Sequence record: DRR723986_22372
DNA: 41,349 nucleotides
Direction: 5' to 3' (one strand)
A program made the position numbers and the translations under genes. The notes under the pieces are model-generated. The model ran no database searches and had not been told where the DNA came from. It worked only from the letters and a program-made list of their open reading frames with translations. How positions within the stretch are numbered: the first letter of the stretch is position 1; every line of letters starts with the position of its first letter. Of this stretch, positions 37,008 through 41,349 are shown piece by piece.

Positions 37008-37601
37008 ATGAAAGACTGTATTATTATTTTTCAAAAAAATGCAGAGTTAGGCAAAGTTAAAACACGTCTTGCTCGTAGTATTGGGAATAAAGAAGCTTTC
37101 GACGCCTATCGGAGATTGGTGAACTACACTCATAAAGTAGCCTCAAAAAGTCCAGCTCAGAAAATCCTTTTCTTTTCAAACTTCTTAGAGCAAGATCTTT
37201 CCAAGTATCCAGAGGGTTACAGATTTGAACTTCAGTCAGGAAATGATCTTGGTGAAAAAATGAAAAATGCCTTTGATCAACTATTTAAAGAGAAATTTGA
37301 TCGAATTTTAATAATAGGTACAGATTGTGCAGAGCTAACTCCAGAAATGCTTTCTGAAGCTTTTGATATATTGGATACTCAGGAAGTGGTCATAGGGCCG
37401 GCACATGATGGAGGATATTACCTTATCGGGATGAAGCGATTTATTCCAGGCTTATTTGAAGGCATACCTTGGAGCACTACAGAAGTTTCATCTCTTTCTA
37501 TGAATTATTTAGAGAGAAATTTTATCTCTTATTCAAAACTTCCAATACTATTTGATGTGGATTTTGAGGAAGACTGGGAGAGGTTTAAGGATAAAATTTA
37601 A
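37008..37601 (+). CDS. DUF2064 / TIGR04282-like transferase
   Basis: ATG 37008; GKVKTRLA, Q.G.DLG.KM, IGTDC, GPA.DGGYYLIG, IPWST, DVD..ED. Confidence 0.88.
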   Translation: MKDCIIIFQKNAELGKVKTRLARSIGNKEAFDAYRRLVNYTHKVASKSPAQKILFFSNFLEQDLSKYPEGYRFELQSGNDLGEKMKNAFDQLFKEKFDRILIIGTDCAELTPEMLSEAFDILDTQEVVIGPAHDGGYYLIGMKRFIPGLFEGIPWSTTEVSSLSMNYLERNFISYSKLPILFDVDFEEDWERFKDKI

Positions 37602-37709
37602 TTTACCTTTCCCTTGTAGTGAGTTAAATCAAAGGAGTCCAGCAATCTTTGTTCAGATTCTATTCGTTCAAAAGAGTTCATAGTCATACCAATAATTCTA
37701 TTCATCAGT

Positions 37710-38333
37710 ATGTTATCAAAAACCCACAAGTCAGTTCGTTTTCTAGGAATATTCATTTTGCTTATAGCAGGTTTGTGTGTGGACGGCTTCAGCCAAACTA
37801 AAACGAATACCTATGATATTGTCCTTGCTGGATTTACAATTGGGACAATGAAAGCTGATAAAACTACTTCAGCCACAGGAGAGGATTATCAAATCCACAG
37901 TAACGTAGAGTTTTGGTTTTTTGGTAAAATCCATGTAGAATTTCTCCAGAAGGCCCATTATGCTAATGGTCAATTAATGAATGCAACTACTAATTCAGAT
38001 TCTAATAGAGGTAATTTTTTAACCACCATATCATGGAATAAGGATCATTATGATGTGGATGCCAATTCCTATAAATTCCATAATGAAGAGGCTATCAATC
38101 AGGTGATTAAAGGAAGTACTGCAAGACTTTATTTTCATGAGCCAAAACCTGGTGACGTGCTGATCTCTGAAAATTTTGGAATGCTGACTAAAGTGCGTGA
38201 AATAGAAAAAGGTGTTTATGAAATCGATGTAAATGGAAGTATGAATCGGTTTTATTACGAAAGAGGGGTGTTACAAAAAGTAGTACTGGAAAATAACATC
38301 AAAAATTATTCGATCAAAAGAAGAGTTGACTGA
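37710..38333 (+). CDS. Exported beta-rich hypothetical protein (DUF6134-like)
   Basis: Signal peptide; beta-strand-rich sequence; overlaps the next gene's start. Confidence 0.65.
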   Translation: MLSKTHKSVRFLGIFILLIAGLCVDGFSQTKTNTYDIVLAGFTIGTMKADKTTSATGEDYQIHSNVEFWFFGKIHVEFLQKAHYANGQLMNATTNSDSNRGNFLTTISWNKDHYDVDANSYKFHNEEAINQVIKGSTARLYFHEPKPGDVLISENFGMLTKVREIEKGVYEIDVNGSMNRFYYERGVLQKVVLENNIKNYSIKRRVD

Positions 38334-39033
38334 AACAAATAGGATTTCTGTAATTATTCCCTGTTTAAACGAAGCAACAAATCTAACCGAACTGCTTCCC
38401 ATTCTAACTAATGAAGGCAAGGGAAGACTATTAGAAATAATAGTTTCAGATGGAGGGTCAGAAGATAAATCTGTGGCAATTGCTAAGTTAAATGGTGCGA
38501 CCATAGTTCATTCGCCTATCTGCTGCAGAGCTACGCAATTAAATTTAGGAGCCAAAAAAGCCAAAGGTGATATTTTATATTTTCTTCATGCCGATACTAG
38601 GCCTATAGAGGGTTTTGCGGAGGTAATTCACAGTAGTTTAGGTGAAGGAAAACGCGTGGGTTGTTTTCGTTATAGATTTGATAATGAAACTAAACTTTTG
38701 CAAGTCAATTCCTGGTTTACCAAATTCAACAGTATTTTATCTGGCGGTGGAGATCAATCGTTATTTATTGAAAAAACATTTTTTAATGAATTGAATGGTT
38801 TTGATGAATCATTCCATATTATGGAAGACTTTGAGCTCGTGCGTCGGATCCGTCAAAAATCTGATTTTCATGTTCTTCCGTACACGATGACAGTTTCTGC
38901 CCGCAAATACAGAGAAAATGGTTGGCTAAAAGTACAGCTTGCTAATTTTACTGCTTTCTCTCTTTTTTTGTTAAAAGTTAAGCCAGCTTCAATCAAAAGT
39001 TTATATTTAAAATTTTTAAGCCGTAAAAATTAA
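38326..39033 (+). CDS. GT2 glycosyltransferase, TIGR04283-like
   Basis: SVIIPCLNE, DGGSED, FLHADT, GDQSLF, MEDFEL, SARKY; TTG start. Confidence 0.88.
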   Translation: MTETNRISVIIPCLNEATNLTELLPILTNEGKGRLLEIIVSDGGSEDKSVAIAKLNGATIVHSPICCRATQLNLGAKKAKGDILYFLHADTRPIEGFAEVIHSSLGEGKRVGCFRYRFDNETKLLQVNSWFTKFNSILSGGGDQSLFIEKTFFNELNGFDESFHIMEDFELVRRIRQKSDFHVLPYTMTVSARKYRENGWLKVQLANFTAFSLFLLKVKPASIKSLYLKFLSRKN

Positions 39034-39052
39034 TAAGTATAACAGTAGTTGA

Positions 39053-40114
39053 ATGAATCAAGCGACAATTAATGGAATCCAGCAAGTAGGGATAGGTGTA
39101 AAAGATGCGAATCAAGCATGGGCATGGTATAGAAAGGCTTTTAAGATGGATGTACCAATCTTCCAAGATAGTGCTGAAGCCAAATTAATGACTCGCTACA
39201 CCTCAGGGAAGGTAGAAAGTAGGCATGCTATTTTGGCGCTAAATATGCAAGGTGGCGGAGGTTTTGAGATTTGGCAATATACCTCAAAAGAACCTTTGGT
39301 ACCTGAAAATGAACTTACATGGAAGGATTTAGGAATATTGGCAGTGAAAATGCGTTGTCACGATATCCAAAAAACTCATGCCCATCTCACTAGCGTAGGA
39401 GCCAAAATGCTCGGCGAGCCGGTTAAAAATCCACTGGGAGTTTGGCATTTTTTCGTTAAAGATCCTTACGGAAATATGTTTGAGTTGATAGAAAACGGCT
39501 CATGGTTCAGCAAGAATAAAGATCTTACCGGAGGAGTGTTAGGTGTGGTGATCGGAGTGTCATCTATTGATTCATCTTTGCCCACCTATCAGAAGCACTT
39601 GATGCAAACTGAAATTCTTTGTGATAAAACCGGTGTGTGGGAAGACTTTGCTCAAGTAGGAGAAGCAACTACGACTTACAGGAGAGTTATCCTACAAGGC
39701 TCTTCAGTGATGACAGGAGCATTTGGAAAACTATTCTGTCAAACTCAAATCGAATTGATAGAGACCGAAGGTCAGCCTAGAAATAAAGCATTCGAAAACA
39801 GAAACTGGGGAGACCTGGGTTTTATCCATTTGTGCTTTGATGTAAATGGCATGGGCGCTATCAAAGAAAAACTTGCTAAAGATGGAATAGAACTTACTGT
39901 AGATAGTGGAAATGAATTTGACATGGGGAAAGCAGCCGGAAGATTCTCGTATTTGGAAGATCCAGATGGGACTTGGATAGAAATGGTGGAAACATACAAA
40001 GTACCAATCATGGAGAAGCTTGGCTGGTATCTACACTTAAACAAACGTGATAATACAAAGAACCTTCCAAATTTTATCGTAAAACTGCTTTCTCTAAATC
40101 GGGTAAAAGCATAA
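39053..40114 (+). CDS. Two-domain VOC (glyoxalase-like) family protein
   Basis: IQQVGIGV.D…AW.WY, FEIWQ, DPYGNMFELIE; second module IELIE, FIHLCFDV, EDPDGTWIEMVE. Confidence 0.85.
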   Translation: MNQATINGIQQVGIGVKDANQAWAWYRKAFKMDVPIFQDSAEAKLMTRYTSGKVESRHAILALNMQGGGGFEIWQYTSKEPLVPENELTWKDLGILAVKMRCHDIQKTHAHLTSVGAKMLGEPVKNPLGVWHFFVKDPYGNMFELIENGSWFSKNKDLTGGVLGVVIGVSSIDSSLPTYQKHLMQTEILCDKTGVWEDFAQVGEATTTYRRVILQGSSVMTGAFGKLFCQTQIELIETEGQPRNKAFENRNWGDLGFIHLCFDVNGMGAIKEKLAKDGIELTVDSGNEFDMGKAAGRFSYLEDPDGTWIEMVETYKVPIMEKLGWYLHLNKRDNTKNLPNFIVKLLSLNRVKA

Positions 40115-40120
40115 TATCTT

Positions 40121-41131
40121 TCAATTTCCAGATAGTAAGCGGGCTAGGTCAACCAATCTGTTGGCGTAGCCCGCTTCATTATCATACCATCCTACTAATT
40201 TTATCATTTTTCCTTTGGCTGACGTCAAGGCAGCATCAATAATACAGGAATGCGGGTTCCCAATGATATCTATAGATACAATAGGTGAATCTTCAACCTC
40301 TAGGAGTCCTTTTAAATATCCTTTGCTCGCTTCTCTAAAGGCTGTGTTTATTTGATCTTCTGTTACCTCTTCTTTCAATTCCACTATCATATCAGTCAAT
40401 GAACCGTCCGGAACGGGAACTCTCATTGCAGATGCTTCGATCTTTCCAGAAAGCTGAGGTAATATCTCATCCAAAGCCTTTCCCGCATTAGTTGTCGTAG
40501 GGATAATGGAATAGGCAGCAGCTCTAGCTCTTCTCAGATCACGATGTGGTGCATCATGTAGGTTTTGATCATTGGTATACGAATGTACAGTAGATGCAAA
40601 ACCTTTGACTACACCAAAATTATCATCGAGTACTTTCACCATTGGAGCCAGGCAGTTTGTGGTACAAGAAGCATTTGAAACAATTCTTTCATCACCTGTC
40701 AAAATAGAATCATTTACCCCCAATACAACCATCTTGATGGTAGGGTCCAATGAAGGAGCGGAAATAATTACTTTTTTCGCCCCTGCGATTAGATGCTTTT
40801 CTGCACCAGACCGCGCCGTAAATCTTCCTGTACATTCTACAACTAGGTCAATATCCAAACTTTCCCAAGGTAGTTTTTCAGGATCAGCTATTCCAAAAAG
40901 TTGAATTTCTTGTTCATTAACTTTTAGGATTGAGTCCTGTAATTCAATTTTACTTGAAGATTTTCCATGTATGGAATCATATTTTAGTAGATGTGCAATG
41001 GCTGTTTGATCGGCCAAATCATTAATTGCAACCAATTTGAACCCACTTCTTTCTAAGATAAGTTTGGCTGTATACCTGCCGATTCTTCCAAAACCGTTAA
41101 TAGCTATTCTGATATCCTTGGTTACTTTCAT
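40121..41131 (-). CDS. gap: Type I glyceraldehyde-3-phosphate dehydrogenase
   Basis: INGFGRIGR, INDL, ECTG, SNASCTTNCLAP, DLRRARAA, RVP, WYDNE.GY. Confidence 0.96.
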   Translation of the reverse strand: MKVTKDIRIAINGFGRIGRYTAKLILERSGFKLVAINDLADQTAIAHLLKYDSIHGKSSSKIELQDSILKVNEQEIQLFGIADPEKLPWESLDIDLVVECTGRFTARSGAEKHLIAGAKKVIISAPSLDPTIKMVVLGVNDSILTGDERIVSNASCTTNCLAPMVKVLDDNFGVVKGFASTVHSYTNDQNLHDAPHRDLRRARAAAYSIIPTTTNAGKALDEILPQLSGKIEASAMRVPVPDGSLTDMIVELKEEVTEDQINTAFREASKGYLKGLLEVEDSPIVSIDIIGNPHSCIIDAALTSAKGKMIKLVGWYDNEAGYANRLVDLARLLSGN

Positions 41132-41153
41132 TGCTTGTAGTATGATTGGAGCT

Positions 41154-41161
41154 CAAAAATA
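41154..41161 (-). promoter_or_regulatory. Candidate -7 promoter element of gap
   Basis: Reverse complement TATTTTTG, about 23 nt upstream of the start. Confidence 0.55.
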
Positions 41162-41250
41162 GGAAAATCAACAGCAAACCCTTCAAAGAAAATTTTATTC
41201 CTTTGAACTCAGGTTTTTAGCACAAATCAGAAGAAATTTTTGAAGCCAAA

Positions 41251-41281
41251 TTGTTTTTAAAAACTTAACCTTCTATATTTG
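41251..41281 (+). promoter_or_regulatory. Bacteroidota promoter upstream of the tRNA
   Basis: TTG (41251-41253), 20-nt spacer, TATATTTG (41274-41281). Confidence 0.7.
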
Positions 41282-41321
41282 CACAACCATTCAGAAAAGC
41301 AAGTTTTCGAAGGGTATTAAT

Positions 41322-41349
41322 GGTCGGTTCGTCTAGGGGTTAGGACACG
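41322..41349 (+). tRNA. 5' part of a tRNA, most likely tRNA-Glu, truncated by the window edge
   Basis: GGTCGGT-TC-GTCT-AGGGGTT-AGGAC: acceptor strand plus a D-arm typical of tRNA-Glu. The anticodon lies outside the window. Confidence 0.75.

Noticed and set aside
39053-40114. VOC protein as ArsI C-As lyase
   Set aside because: About twice the ArsI length, no vicinal Cys pair, and a glyoxalase-like ligand set.
1072-40904. Many 60-136 aa ORFs overlapping longer genes (e.g. 3099-3500, 8434-8802, 20343-20753, 24673-24990, 27765-28112, 40572-40904)
   Set aside because: Antisense or off-frame shadows of well-supported genes, with no recognisable motifs.
40121-41131. gap as part of a GAPDH-ArsJ arsenate detoxification module
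   Set aside because: No ArsJ-like MFS gene nearby; gap is convergent to the arsS cluster with its own candidate promoter.
35618-41349. tRNA-anchored genomic island
   Set aside because: The cluster lies upstream (5') of the tRNA, with no integrase or duplicated tRNA end in the window.
1-41349. CRISPR array, IS element, rRNA or anti-phage defence system
   Set aside because: Intergenic gaps are short with no regularly spaced repeats, and no transposase, Cas, nuclease or toxin-antitoxin motifs were recognised by eye.

Overview
Gene-dense, AT-rich chromosomal window from a Bacteroidota bacterium. TAnnTTTG promoters, A-rich translation starts and gene content suggest Cytophagales/Cyclobacteriaceae, Algoriphagus-like (inference). 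About 39 CDS plus a tRNA truncated at the right edge; no prophage, IS, integrase or CRISPR seen. Main blocks: (1) a minus-strand set of exported hydrolases: three amidohydrolase paralogues (only one has intact metal ligands), an SH3-NlpC/P60 lipoprotein and an M28 glutamate carboxypeptidase II-like peptidase; (2) a probable uncharacterised synthase-dependent exopolysaccharide locus: lone receiver domain, membrane HEAT-repeat protein, processive GT2, TPR/YaiO beta-barrel, unknown membrane-anchored protein, and a convergent LTA-synthase-family transferase; (3) housekeeping and stress genes (msrA, DEAD helicase, SerB-SerA fusion, BCCT, 1-Cys Prx, gap); (4) a TetR + ABC/HlyD/TolC exporter with a degenerate-looking ATPase and a candidate palindromic operator; (5) an arsenosugar-type radical SAM (ArsS-like) cluster with no arsM in the window. 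Family names come from motif recognition, not database searches.
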